The notes beneath the pieces were generated by a model. That model saw nothing but the letters and a program-made list of their open reading frames with translations. It did not search any database and was not told the origin of the DNA. A DNA stretch of 64,000 bases from Dicyema japonicum (Eukaryota > Animalia > Dicyemida), in contig RDEW01000024.1 in assembly GCA_011109175.1 (NCBI GenBank), positions 559,189 to 623,188 of the forward strand. The letters run 5' to 3'. This document shows positions 12,634 through 25,140 of this stretch, piece by piece. A program made the position numbers and the translations under genes. The stretch's first letter is position 1, and each line of letters opens with the position of its first letter.

Positions 12634-13329
12634 ATTTTAGGTTTTCTCGGGAGTGCTTTTTAATAAAAATATTACTAACAACCTTTATTCATACTAACTG
12701 TAATGCATGTGTGGCCTCTAAACAGGCCTCTTTAAGTTTCCCCATTGAGAAATAGGCCTTAGGTAATATCCCGGGTACTGTTCATTTGGTATCTAGCCCG
12801 TCTTTCTTCTAGGGGATCTCCTGTCTACACAGTTGTGTTTCTTATTTACATCAGGATTTTTTATTTTTGTGATGTTAATAAAGTGGTTGTTAGAAGGTGG
12901 AATCGATCTCCAAGGTCACGAGATTGGATCGTCGAGTTGACAGAGCAGTTATTGGATTCAGAGTCAACCCACGTGTTGCACAACAAATATTTCCTGTGAG
13001 AATCCTATAAACCATGTTTAACGAACTAATTGAAAGTTTGATATCTTTTCGTTCCTTGTGAAACACTGCGCGGAGTACTGACTGTCGGAAGCTCCCACTG
13101 TCCCCTTGAGGGTGCTATTTTGTGAAGGTCATCTAGGTCTTCAAGCTTCACTTTTTGAACTCATAGGTCCTCTTCAATGTGCATCGGAGTCGTTCTCGAT
13201 GTCTCTGAGTGCACCATCGCATCATTCGTGAATTCTGTCAAATTTATTCTGAAGATATCTTCGACCCCCTCCTCACTTTTTCCGTTGTATCTGTGGCCAA
13301 AACAATAAATTTATTTAATCAACCCCGAA

Positions 13330-14196
13330 ATCACAAGAAGATAAAAGTTATCGACTAATTAAGTGATCCCGGAGTCTATACCAGTACTTTTCCTGTGGCT
13401 AGTTTTGGAGTCCTGGATTAATCTCCACAACGGGAAGGTTTTTTGTATCTCGGGACGGCGTCCAGATATAGTTTGATATCCGTCCCGAGAAAATGGTCAG
13501 GGGACTTTGCCATCTTGAGAAAGGCCCAGTGGCGTTCCGTAAGATATTTCATGATTAAGGATATGTTTAGTTTTTTTCCGTAGAAACGAAGTGGACGTCT
13601 TTTCCCACGATCTTAATAATATTATGAGACATTAAATTTGTAGCACTTCCAGCTTGCTCTGTGGCGATAGTGATAGCGGAGCAATCCATACAGCACAGGA
13701 GTACTCGATACTCGGTAGAACAAATTGTTTGTATAGAAGCTCTAACGATGAGCAGGAAGATACTGGAGAGTAAGTAAAGCCTTGAGAAATCCAATTTTCT
13801 TTTGAATCCTCGCGGTTACCTGATAAGTCCATCATAGAGTACCCAAGCGAAGATACATAAATACTGCAAGTAATTATCCTTAAGAAATGAAGTTTAATGT
13901 CGGGATCAGACGGTTATATGCAAATTTCAAGATGGCAAAGTCCCCTGACCATCTTCTCGGGACGGACATCAAACTATATCTGGACGCCGTCTCGAGATAC
14001 AAAAAACCTTCCAGTTGTGGAGATTAATCCAGGACTCTCTCCAACCGCACCCTGTCGAACAATTGTCTGTATAATCAGGTAAGAGAACTGATAGGTCCAT
14101 CATAGAGTACCCAAGCGAAGATACATAAATACTGCCAGTAATTATCCTTAAGAAATGAAGTTTAATGTCGGGATCAGACGGTTATATGCAAATTTC
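13330..14196 (-). mobile_element. APE-type LINE 3' relic with internal duplication and inversion
   Basis: LLYKQFVLPSIEYSCAVW (post-RT region). Direct repeat at 13820-13928 and 14088-14196; inverted repeat at 13408-13518 and 13927-14037. Confidence 0.75.
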
Positions 14197-14301
14197 GCAG
14201 CATAGAAAACGCTACCAAACAAATTAAGAAATTAGTATTCCAAAAGCATATTAGTAGGATTAGAGTCTGCAATTTACCATTAACAACAAGTTTAAGATAA
14301 T

Positions 14302-15392
14302 TTAATTATTCGATCGATTTCTTTCAGTTCTAATAGCCTTCATCAAATAATTTGAAATGTAATCAGGGAATTTAACTTCAAATTTCACTTTAAGAGATCC
14401 AAATTGACCAGGACTATTCGGGACAGGTAATCCTTCATTGGGAATGGTATGTTCTAAATTATAATCCAATAGCCTTGTCAGATATATTTTCTTTGTTCCT
14501 CCTCCCAGCAAAGGTACGAATTTATGTAATCTCAGAAATATATCAAAAGCTGAGACTTCGCGTGTATAAATCAAGTCCGGACCATTCCTCTTATAGAGAG
14601 GATGTGGTTTATCAACAATACAAACTACAAATCTGATTTTGTCCTGAGTTTCTAAGGTAATTTTCGTCCCTCTCTCACATCCCGGTTGAACATAAAGGTT
14701 TAATGACTTCGCCAGATTTATAAGGATTATTTATTTCGTAATCCTTTCCTGACTTTAATTCCTCAAGTGAAATGTACATTTTAAAACATTCCATAAAAGT
14801 TGATAGATCGGGTGAAGGTGTAGAAGACTTCTTACATACAAATGAAGATGTTTGTATGTTAATTTTTAAATGTGCTAAAATTGTTTTTAATTTATTATAA
14901 TTAATATATTAAATTGAAATAATAATATTTTAAAAAATTACAATTTTTTTCTTTCAGGTTGTTGATTTTATCACTAATTTCTTTTTCACCACAAAAAATC
15001 GCATTTCTTAGATCATTCATTTTGCTTTTTAGAATGCGGATTGATGTGCTAAGGGCACTGATTTGCTCCACTAATTTCTGATTCTTGATTGAATGTATTC
15101 TTCCTTCTAAAAATATCATCTTTTCTCTTAGTTTTAAGAACTGGCCTGAAATGTGGTTGATGTCACGTGTATTTTTTGTCACCTGCTTGTCATTTTCGAG
15201 ATACTTTAATTGATGATTAATTTCCTGTAAAAATGACATAACCTCTACCGTCCCATGTGAACCGGAACTTATAGAGAGTTCATCAAAACTGTCAAAGTAC
15301 GAGTGAACGGACAAATTGTCGTAATTTTCGTCATTTATCGGTTTTACTGTTTCGTGAGGATCAGGCGTTATACACAGTTCATCAAATTCCAT
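14302..15392 (-). CDS. Coiled-coil plus DnaJ/Hsp40 C-terminal substrate-binding domain protein (no J-domain seen)
   Basis: SLEELKSG, VQPGCERGTKIT, DKPHPLYKRNGPDLIY, IPNEGLP, GSLKVKFEVKFP. A 67-nt GT-AG intron at 14875-14941 joins the exons in frame. One frameshift near 14715. A possible upstream ATG at 15527 is interrupted by one TAA. Confidence 0.75.
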
Positions 15393-16298
15393 AGCATTTG
15401 AATTATTGGAGGTATTTCCCCTCGTCTGTATTTTTAAGCTTTATTGAATCTTGATAATAGCTAGTTCATTAAATAGGGCCATTTTCGAGTTTTCGTAGGA
15501 ATCACTGTCACCTTCCATATTTGTCATATAAAATTAATTGTGGTTAAAATTTTCTAATATTTAATTTATTTATAAAATAAAAATTAAATAAATTAAAATT
15601 AATAAAATAAAAATTAATTTTTTGAAAATACATGCAGTCATTTAAATTGTTGTAAATTATTACAAGTTTATGTAAGAAAATAGTAATTTTTCGAAAATTA
15701 TGTTCTAAGGTCGACCTGACTCAACTTGCGGTTTATTAATTCCACACAAATAAATATTTTTTGTTTAAATTGTTTTAATCACTAAATAAACATGATATTA
15801 CTAATTTCACTAAAATGAAAAAAACATGTTAATTCTTGCGTAATCAAATAGCAAGAATGAATGATGAAGGCAGGATAGTACTGTCTTTGGCTGAAATCGT
15901 TACGTGTAATAATCAGCAAAGAATTAATTATAAGATTTAAAAAAAAGACTTTTTTACCTAAAGATGTCGAGGACCTTGTCTCTGTTCCATTAACCAATAG
16001 AACTCATCAAAATCAATTTTATAATATTTAAAAAGATGACTTTTTTATCTAAAGACGTCGCTTTGGTAAAATCTTGTGATGTTTTTAATGAACTTATCTA
16101 AAACTTGACAAAAATATTGGAGGTCATTTTGAAAGAAACCAGTTTGATTGGACACGCTTATTTTGCTATACAACTCAGGAACGTGGAGTTTGAATCAAAT
16201 TTGTACTGAAAGTCTGAATGCTTTTCACAGAAAAAACTGAAATCCCTATTGGACGTAAAAAATGATGATCGAAGGTGATCGTAATTTTAACGTAAAAA

Positions 16299-18340
16299 AT
16301 GTCATGTGACTCGCCGACGACGTGGTGGCATTTGGAAAAAAAAAACCACACTTTCCCCTATCTTCACGGGTGGAGCAATAAGGAAGGCCTGCGCCGCTGC
16401 GGAGACGTTGAGGCAAACCCTGGACCAGCCAGAATAGTCCAACTAAACATAAATGGAATCAAGAACAAGGTACTCGAACTTCGGACATTTTTGAAAGAAA
16501 ATCACATCGATCTGTTGCTAAGTCTAAACTTTCTCCAAAGAATTCAACACCAGTATTTCCGGGATTCACAGTAATTCGCAGTGACAGAATTGGCAAACTT
16601 GGTGGGGGTCTTCTCACAGTTATCCGCAACGGCATTCCGTTTGAGGACTTAACTAACAGTGCCTACACTATGCTTAAGGATATGGAAATCTCGAACTTTT
16701 GGTTACCAAAGTACGATTTTCAAGACTATCAATAATATTTGTCAACGCATATCTCCCACCGTTGAGTTCCTCTCGTCCAGTATCCCAGACTCACTCCTCT
16801 CGCATCACTGAAGGATGTGATTATCTGTGGTGACTTCAATGCGAAGCACCCACTGTGGCTGACAGGACAAACGTGCGACAAAAGAGGGAAGATGATAATT
16901 GAGGACCTCCACAGCCTATGTATACTCAACGATCCTGCATCTCATACAAGAACACCTACTCTACGTAACGATAAACCTTCTTCTATCGACATCTCACTGT
17001 CATCACCGTCCTTGGGCCCTCTTATTGACTGGTCAGTGAAATATGACACCAGGAGTGACCACAATCCAATATTTTGGAAGTCAAAACGAGGTCACGGATA
17101 AAAAGACAATGTCCAACGATAACTAATTACAGCCTTGCGAATTGGAGAGGGTTACGTCGATAATTGTATTGGAGTATTAAATTTCCCCACTCCTCCCTTC
17201 GTCGAAAAATTAGTGAAATGGTTCAACTCCACCATAAACGCTGCAAGAAAAAGTACATTCCTATGGGGAGACAACCTACGTCATCAAAACGTTTCAACAC
17301 AACGACGAAACAGTTTTCAAAAGAACACCAAGTATTCCTGGAAAAAATTGAACCAAAACGCTCCGATGACTGGATCCTATTTACTAGTCAGGATGTTCGC
17401 AGAGCCATATCCAAAGCCAACAACTCAGAGGCCAAAGGACCAGACAATACAACCACATGTTAACTGAAGCACCTAGGCCATCGAGCCCTGGAACTACTAG
17501 CCTATATTCAACCTATCCATTAACGCAAATAAATCCATGAAATATGGAAGAAGTCTCTAATCAGACCTATCCGAAAACCCAACAAACCAAAAGATGAGCC
17601 ATCTTCCTACGCCCAATATCTATTCTAAGTTTAATCTCAAGGATCCTTGAAAGGCTTGTTTTGGAAAAAATACAAGACTCAATACCTCCGACCCAGCACG
17701 GATTCCGGGTAACCATTGGACCACAACACACCTTAAAACCCTCACACAATTCATTGCGGAAGGATTTAACTCCCCCAAACCCATCAGAAGACAGTTCTTG
17801 TATCCATGGACATCACAAAAGCGTTCGACTCAGTCCCTAGGAAACTCCTAACAAAGAAAATATTTGAAACCAACATCCATCCGAACCTGAAACTTTGGCT
17901 TGGAAACTTCCTAAATGGAAGACAAGCACAAGTACACTGCAACAACATCAAATCAAGATCTCGCTATTTCCCAAATGGAGTCCCTCAAGGCTCCCCACTA
18001 TCACCCCAACTCTTCAATCTCTACATAGACGAAATGCCACAAACCTGTAATGAAAACTGTCTAATCCTCTCCTATGCCGACGATATCATTCTTGCCTCCA
18101 AGGACAGAATCATTCAATCAGCGACTCAGTCCGCTCAACAAATGCTTGACAAGCTGGAACTGTGGCTCTCGAAGCGGATAATCGACACATCAGCAACAAA
18201 GTCCTCTGTCACACTGTTTACCACCTACAAAAGACAGCTCTGTATAGAACCAAAAGTCTATGAAGAACGAAGCTATTCTATTAACAAAACACAGAAGATT
18301 CTGGGAGTAACCTTTGATCAGGGACTCACCTTTATCCGAA
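16299..18340 (+). mobile_element. Ingi/Vingi-like APE-RT LINE with N-terminal 2A-like motif (disrupted)
   Basis: GDVEANPGP, then RIVQLNING, ICGDFNAKHPLW, SSIDISL, SDHNPI (APE), and DITKAFDSV, GVPQGSPLSPQLFNLY, YADD (RT). No ORF1 seen. Confidence 0.88.
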
Positions 18341-20379
18341 AAATTATTATTATTAACCCCAGGCTTACCATTGTAAGCACAAACAGTCATAAAAACTAAT
18401 CCAAAAAGGAACCAAAGGAGAACATCTGCTAGTCCCGACCAAATCCATCGTCCAATACTTCATTACAGGCTTCCGCTTCCGAAGAGAGGTGGAGAAGTAG
18501 GTCCACCCTCTTCATTTTTGTCCCACGTCCTACCGTCGCGGACATCACTTCATTCTTCAGCGGAATAGTTTTTATAATGCAATCTTCATCAGAGGGTTTT
18601 TCCCCGACAAGTTGAAAACAAAGCAACTTCTGCTCTGAAAAAATGAGAATTTTAAAAGTGCTCTCAAAAACACTTAAAGACCAAACTGGATTATAGGAAA
18701 AAAAGTCAAGTCCGTAAGCGGAAAAAAAAGTCAAGTTGTCTTTTTTAGTTTATATCGCATTTTTGTAATACTAGCATTTTTTAATTTTTAATAATTTTTT
18801 CAATATTTGACTTTTTTTCCATTTTTGAAATATTTTCCCTTATAAATTTTCGAAATTTAGCGCAAAACGGAAAAAAGTCAAGTTCGTAATTTCGTTAACG
18901 GACTTGACTTTTTTCCGTTTATAAATTAAGATTTTTATTCATGATCGATTTATTTTAAAGTATGCGAGTTTAGAATAACAAATTATTTAAATAGTTAATT
19001 TTGGCTAATGTTAATGCTTTAGCTTGTAATTGCATTAAAATGTCCACCACAACTAAAACTTCACGTGGTGGAAATAAATTCTAAAAATAATCAGATTTTT
19101 CCTACTTTTAAAAGTTTTTTAAATATTTAAAATTTTATAAACATAGGATTTTTATTTAACGTGAATCAAAAGATTACTTAATGTGAATCAAAAGAATATT
19201 TAATATTCCATGCAATTTCTTCTAGGGCTTCTCCTACTGTTTTTTTTCCGTCTTGGCGATCCTGACATATATTTAAAAGCCTTTTCTGTCCATCAATCGT
19301 TGTTTTATTTGTTCCTGTTGAAATTCTTTCTCCAAAGGAATCCTGGTCAATAATAGCTTTCGTCATTTTTTTCTTCTTTTTGGAATGACGATATAATATT
19401 CACATTGCTCCAATTTGGAGGAAACAATGGAGCAATGTGCTGTATTCTAACAGCTAAGGGGTTTTCTCGATCATTTAAGCAACGAATAATACCCGCGAAC
19501 ATATGTTTCGATCAAATAATCTAATATATATTTTGAATCTGGCAACATTTTTTGGTATATTATTTTAGGAATTCTATTTCCTTCTTCCATATCTTGAATG
19601 GGTAAAAACGCAAGAGCGTCTATCATTGCGCAAAAAATGTTAAAAATATTTTGATTTGTATTGTTTTCTAGATGCAATTTTTTATGATAATAAATCCTCT
19701 AATATGTATTCGTCTCCCAAATACTGCAGGACAGCTCGAAATACAGAATCTTCAAAGTCTGCCATAATAGTTTCAAGACAAAATTCCAAATTCAAATTAT
19801 GAATTGCATTTTGAACAGCTCAAAAAATTCTCGTAAATCTTTCGTGATTTAGAAGGTAATATTCCATAAATAACTGTAATTGCACTGGACATTGAACTGA
19901 ATCCTGATAAATAGATTTGCTTGAGATACATGGTGCCATGGAGAAATTTCCATCCATATACCATGATTTTGAATTCGCCAATAACGTTAAATTAGTTTTG
20001 TGCTGAATATTAAATTCTATCGTTCTTCTATGATTGTCATAAATTAAAAAGTTTTCTGAATCTGAACCAAAGTTAAAGTGAAAAGGATGGAATATCTCCG
20101 AGATCGAAAATATTTTTTGGAATAGAGACAAGCGTTGATTCCTTAGTGTTCGCTTGAAAAAATCTGCAGAAGGGAGAATAATTCTGGTTGCTGTTTCACA
20201 TTGAGACACAACCTTTGAATAGATTTGTAAGGGATTTTCTTGACTCGTTTTAGCAATAAGTTTCGCTTCGTTGCACAATTTCATCAGTTTTAGTTGACTT
20301 TCGTCAAATTCGTGATTGTGAGAGATTCCATTTTTGAGAAATTTAAAATTATGAATCTGTTCCTAGGCTCCTCTACATC

Positions 20380-20725
20380 AAACTTATTGCTAAAACGAGT
20401 CAAGAAAATCGGCAATATTGTTTTTGTGGATCAAAACATGAATAGTGCATGTTATATAATTTATTAGCCAATAATCTGCAACAATCTGTAGAAAAAAGGA
20501 CCTAAAATCATTATTTTTCAGCAAGACAACTCCATGCCATACATCTCGCATGGTCAAAGAATTTTTTTGAAAGAGAAATATCAAATTCTCGATTGGCCGT
20601 CAATCACCAGATCTCAACCCCATAGAGCATGTATGAGCCTTTATGAAGAATCAATTGGGTAAAAATCACCAAAAATATATCAGAGCTAAAAATAAAGCTC
20701 AAGAAATATGGGAATCAATTCCACC
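20380..20725 (+). mobile_element. Tc1/mariner transposase fragment nested in the MULE
   Basis: FFQQDN and QSPDLNPIEHV motifs. Confidence 0.85.
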
Positions 20726-21026
20726 ATTTGCAACTACATATGAGTGTGAGACAGCGTTTTCAGCACTACTCACCATCAAATCAAAATTCCGCAATAGATT
20801 GGATGTTGTCAAAATGACATGAGGGTTGCACTTTGTCCAAAACACGACCCGACTTAGAAAAACTGGTGATGGTCAAACAAGTGCATCCATCTCATTAATT
20901 ATTATTCTTTAATTTTGCACTAATTTTTTTTTTAAATGTTAATTCACTAATTTAATGAAGGAACCGCAAGCAATTAAAAAATAAAAGAGGACCGCGACGT
21001 CTTTTTTTTAAAGTTTGTGAACCAGT
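20725..21026 (+). mobile_element. hAT (Buster/Charlie-like) 3' fragment nested in the MULE
   Basis: PFATTYECETAFSALLTIKSKFRNRLDV...KQVHPSH*, and a degenerate TIR aagtttgtgaaccagt. Confidence 0.8.
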
Positions 21027-21894
21027 ACTCTACATCTTTTTGAAGATTTTTTCACACATTTAAAAATTATATAGTTTTTTGTCACGAGTGCTTGTATACA
21101 TATAACCCTTAAAACAAATTTTCTTCCTCCTTTGTTAGTTGATATTATCTCCATTTTGTCACGTATTTTTGCGGCAAGCATAATATTTAATATACGCTTA
21201 ATTACAACCTTGAAATCCGTAAATTGATTAAGTCAAAAAAGATTATACCAAAACGGAAAAAAGTCAAGTCCGCTGATTTCGTTAGCGACTTGACTTTTTT
21301 CCGTTTTGCGCTAAATTTCGAAAATTTATAAGGGAAAGTTTAAGGTAATTGAAAAAAAGTCAAATGGAAAAAAAGTCAAGCGTTGAAAAAAATGTTGAAA
21401 ATTAAAAAGTTGCTATTAATGCTACAAAAAACGATATAAACTAAAAAAACGACTTTGACTTTTTTCCGCACTTCCCAAACTGCTGTCTTTGCCACGATTT
21501 ATGAACAATTTATCCGACCAATGATGACCTATGCAAGTCTTTATGGGCAATGCAGATTTCCGATTCCTCATTGAAACTATCTGCAATCGAGGAGTAATAA
21601 GGATAATTGGACCAGAACACAAAATCCAGCCCATTGAAAATTTTCTAATCGAATTACAACGGAACTCTTAAAAGGAGGCTATTCTACCGAGCTGCCCTCT
21701 ATTCCATACACTATCAAAATATCTACAATCATGCAGAAATTTAGAGCCGATGTCATGTCCAATGAAAGAGCTGTTCAGGACTCTTGACCCCACCGACTCG
21801 TCCTCTACTTTGTCAGTCTGGGATCACTTAGTTAATAAGACTTTTATTTCTTTCTCTTTGACTTAGTGATCCTGGGGTAATAATAATAACCATC

Positions 21895-22275
21895 CAAAGT
21901 GGATCCCGCCGACATTATCGAAATTGCGTTGCGTCTCACGATTGCAACAGGAATCAACTAGAGAAGCCACCGGGTCTCACGTGCGTCGTGGCTTTTTAGT
22001 GTAGCTAAGCGTCCAAGCTTCTTTAAAAAGCAAAGCGATTTTCCACTTATTCCTCGAGTTGTCTCGATCACAATGGGATAGACAGTGAACCGATCGTGCA
22101 ATGCTTTATATTTTTCTCCTTTGCTTTCATTGTTTTTCCACGGCATACAGTGTGTCTACCGCTCTCCCAATGTTTGGATGAGCAAAGTGGGTCGACACAA
22201 GTGGCATCCACCAAAAGGTTTCCTTTTCGAATGGAAATTGTGATCCGTCAGGCCGTTTTCCGTCTCCTCTGTCAT
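21895..22275 (-). mobile_element. CRE 3' relic (same subfamily as 41698-41825)
   Basis: DRGDGKRPDG, YPIVIETT, HDARETRWL. Confidence 0.8.
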
Positions 22276-23159
22276 AGTAATAAATACGATTTATATATCT
22301 TGTACTCATACTAAGGATTCACTAATATATTGGTTTAGTTGCAGTCATTACAAGGTTGGAAGAGATAGGCTATCCACACAGGTGGCGCCCTAGGACGATG
22401 TGTCTCTCTTTTTCCACGGGAAAGAGAGTTGTTCCGTCAGGCCTTTTGTTGGCTGGGCACGTTCCCAGAGGCTCATTTGGAGGGGAATCCGGCAGCTTCT
22501 AGTCCCTTTAAAATAATCGTCGGAGAAATTTTTTATAGAGGCGATACAAAAAAAAGTTGAAAAATACTGCCCTAGAACGGCTCATTATTTATTTATTATT
22601 TATTAACCCCGGATACACAGAGAAAGAAGTTAAAGTAAAAAAACTAATTAAGTGTATCCCGTTTCCACTTCTACAGAAACAGAGTCCATCCGGAATCAAC
22701 ATAAAAGGTAAGACGTCCATAGTTGCAGTTGTGGAAACCCCTCCAGTGGAGTGAGGAGAGCAAATGATCCTTTTTCGTGCCGGCCTCGCACTGGGCGCCA
22801 CCTAGACAGGTGGATCACATGACGTCACTCTAATAGGAAGAAAGAGGAGGAACAGACGAACAAAACTGAAACTTCCACCAATTAGTTACGAAGTACCACA
22901 TGGCGCCACGAGGCTATTTTAATTCCAGGCTCATGAATTCGAACATCAAAGACGCAAAGAAATTGTACGTTTCAATTGGATTTAAATTAAAAAAATTATT
23001 TATTATATTAATTGCTCGTCCGAAGCGAACTTTCGTAGGCTCAAAAAATCAACACCGAGCAAAGATGGGAGCCTTGATCCAATTCGTCGGGATCACTTAG
23101 TTTATTTTTTTCGGTTTGACAGTGGTCTTTGGAATTAATTTAATTTAAAAATTAAAATA

Positions 23160-23345
23160 ACAGAGCATCAATAAGCCTCTGGCACGTATTCCACCAATTA
23201 TTGACGGAGGCGGAGATTCTCTACCGCGTGTAGTTCGTGTCCACTTGGCGCCCCTACGTTGTGGTCACCACATGGATTTACGTTCGTATCTTGTTAGTAA
23301 TCGATTTCTTTCACTCGAAGAAACGGGGGGTAAATAAAATAAATA
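23160..23345 (+). mobile_element. Ingi/Vingi-like C-terminal relic
   Basis: PPIIDGGGDSLPRVVRVHLAPLRCGHH..RSY, followed by an AT-rich tail. Confidence 0.65.
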
Positions 23346-24399
23346 AAAAATAACAGAAGTCTTCAGGGGTTGTATTTGAGAACCCCTGATCTACACCCTT
23401 GGCCTTGTTGTCTCATGTGACAACTTAATTTCTTTTTCCCATTATGACGTCATCGGATCCACTTACATAAAAGACGCCCAATGCCTGGAGTGCATTTAAA
23501 ACGATCCTTCTTTTCATTCCACCACGACCATTCGCTCCTGACTACGAGTTTTGGTTTTGACCTGACTGAGGGCTTTACTGTAATGCGTCAGGAACACGGG
23601 TTTCCAGATGGCACTAAATTGGATCTGATGGGGACTGAAAGTCGAATTTGGAACTGTTTGAGAGAAAAGACTATTCCTTTTAATCGTCAGGAAGGCAGAC
23701 GGGGCAAGATGACTTTGTAGGCATGTAAGGGGGATCTTAGATCCCAATGGAGATGCTTTCTTAAGTGGATCTCAGACATTCAGTTATCATTCCGTACCCG
23801 GAACTAGAACAGGTTTATTAATGAACAGGAGTTAAGACTTAGTCGGAGGCTAAAGTAGTTATACTCCCCCCAAGAAGCCTGGACACTTCTCTAGCTTCCC
23901 TCATGTCCTCAGTTAGCTCTCCGTCGCATCGATATGTAAGACTTCTGGCCGCTCTTCTTGTTTTTTCCAGTAGAAATACAATTCTATCCTTCGTAGAGAA
24001 AACCCATCCCTCACATCCATAAAATAAATTTGCCTAGGAATACATGGAATAGCTTGGAGAGCTTTCTTCTCCTCACTCTGATATCTCCCATATATACTCA
24101 CAGCGGTCAATTTCTACTCCCAAACAGCACAGAGAAAGCACTTCTTTACCCGAAGTGTGTATCCTTGCTTTAGCTGTTTCCTAATTCGTAGCGAGTTGGA
24201 CTCCTCGTATAAGAGCTTTAAATTTTTTGTGTTGCACCGAACCTCGATATCACTCATAATCATTCATTTGTCTTCATGTCTTGGAAATATCCAGGCATAA
24301 CAGGTTCACTTACCTTCGGCTATCAATGGTCTTCACGGAAGAAACTGTCCCCTCACGATCTTCCGGACATCGACTACCTTCTTCCCATATAGTCGTAGA

Positions 24400-25140
24400 T
24401 AAGTTGAAATACGGTAAATGCACTAAAGACAATGCTCCTGGAAAGGACCCGGTCACTCTATGAATATTTGGGATGTCTCTATACGTGCAGTATCAGGTTG
24501 GGTCATACACCTTCACATTGGAATTTGACTGAGGTCAGGATGATACGTAAATGTAGGAAACCTGGGTACTTAACCAGTTATAGGCCCATAAACCTATGCC
24601 AACAATCTCAAGAGTTTTGGAAAGAATTGTATTTAACAGAGTCTCTAAAAATATAGAAAGAACATCAGTGGAGTTCCCAAAAATCGCTCTTGTGGATATT
24701 GTCTGTACAGTTTGACTGCGGTCTGCCTTGATATATCTAAAGCTTTCGACAGTGTGTGGCATCTTGGACTTTTGTCTTGCGAAATGTGTGGTGAAAGGGA
24801 ACTTTATTTTTGGATACGAAGTTTGCTCTCAGACAGGTCAATTGTTAATTTTTTAAACGACGGGTCTCGTGAAATTTGGCTGAGAAGAGGTGTCCCTTAG
24901 GGTTCAGTGCTCAGTCCTCTATCATTCAACATTGTAATGAGTGAATTGCTTGCCCAGAAAACCCACGTACAAAAATTTTGATATACTCTGATGACGTCAT
25001 AGTTTATGATGTCTTTTTAAACCCTTTGGTATCTGAGAAGCGGTTGAAGACGTACATGGACCAGATCGAAGAGTGGTGTAACGAAAACTTTCTTTCAGTC
25101 CCACGTGAGAAGTCTGGTCTGGTGAAGATAACTGGGAGAT
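24400..25140 (+). mobile_element. Jockey/CR1-like RT relic
   Basis: SYRPINL, CLDISKAFDSVWH, GVP*GSVLSPLSFN, YSDD. Confidence 0.85.

Larger units (their letters stand above)
18696..21468 (-). mobile_element. Mutator-like (MULE) DNA transposon with ~200-bp TIRs, decayed
   Basis: About 18718-18920 is the inverted match of about 21250-21468. Minus-strand transposase remnants WYMDGNFSMAP, ADFEDSV, FCAMIDALAFLP, LDYLIETYVRG. Confidence 0.85.

Noticed and set aside
15441-15443. In-frame TAA suggesting a reassigned genetic code
   Set aside because: TAA, TAG and TGA all terminate conserved genes here (HCCS, Rho-GDI, CCT6/UXT), and none occurs internally in them.
16290-16400. HDV-like ribozyme at the 5' end of the Ingi-like element
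   Set aside because: I could not build the nested double pseudoknot by eye; this needs an Infernal or RNArobo search.
18696-18920. CRISPR-like repeat array
   Set aside because: Eukaryotic context, repeats in both orientations with irregular spacing; explained as MULE TIRs.
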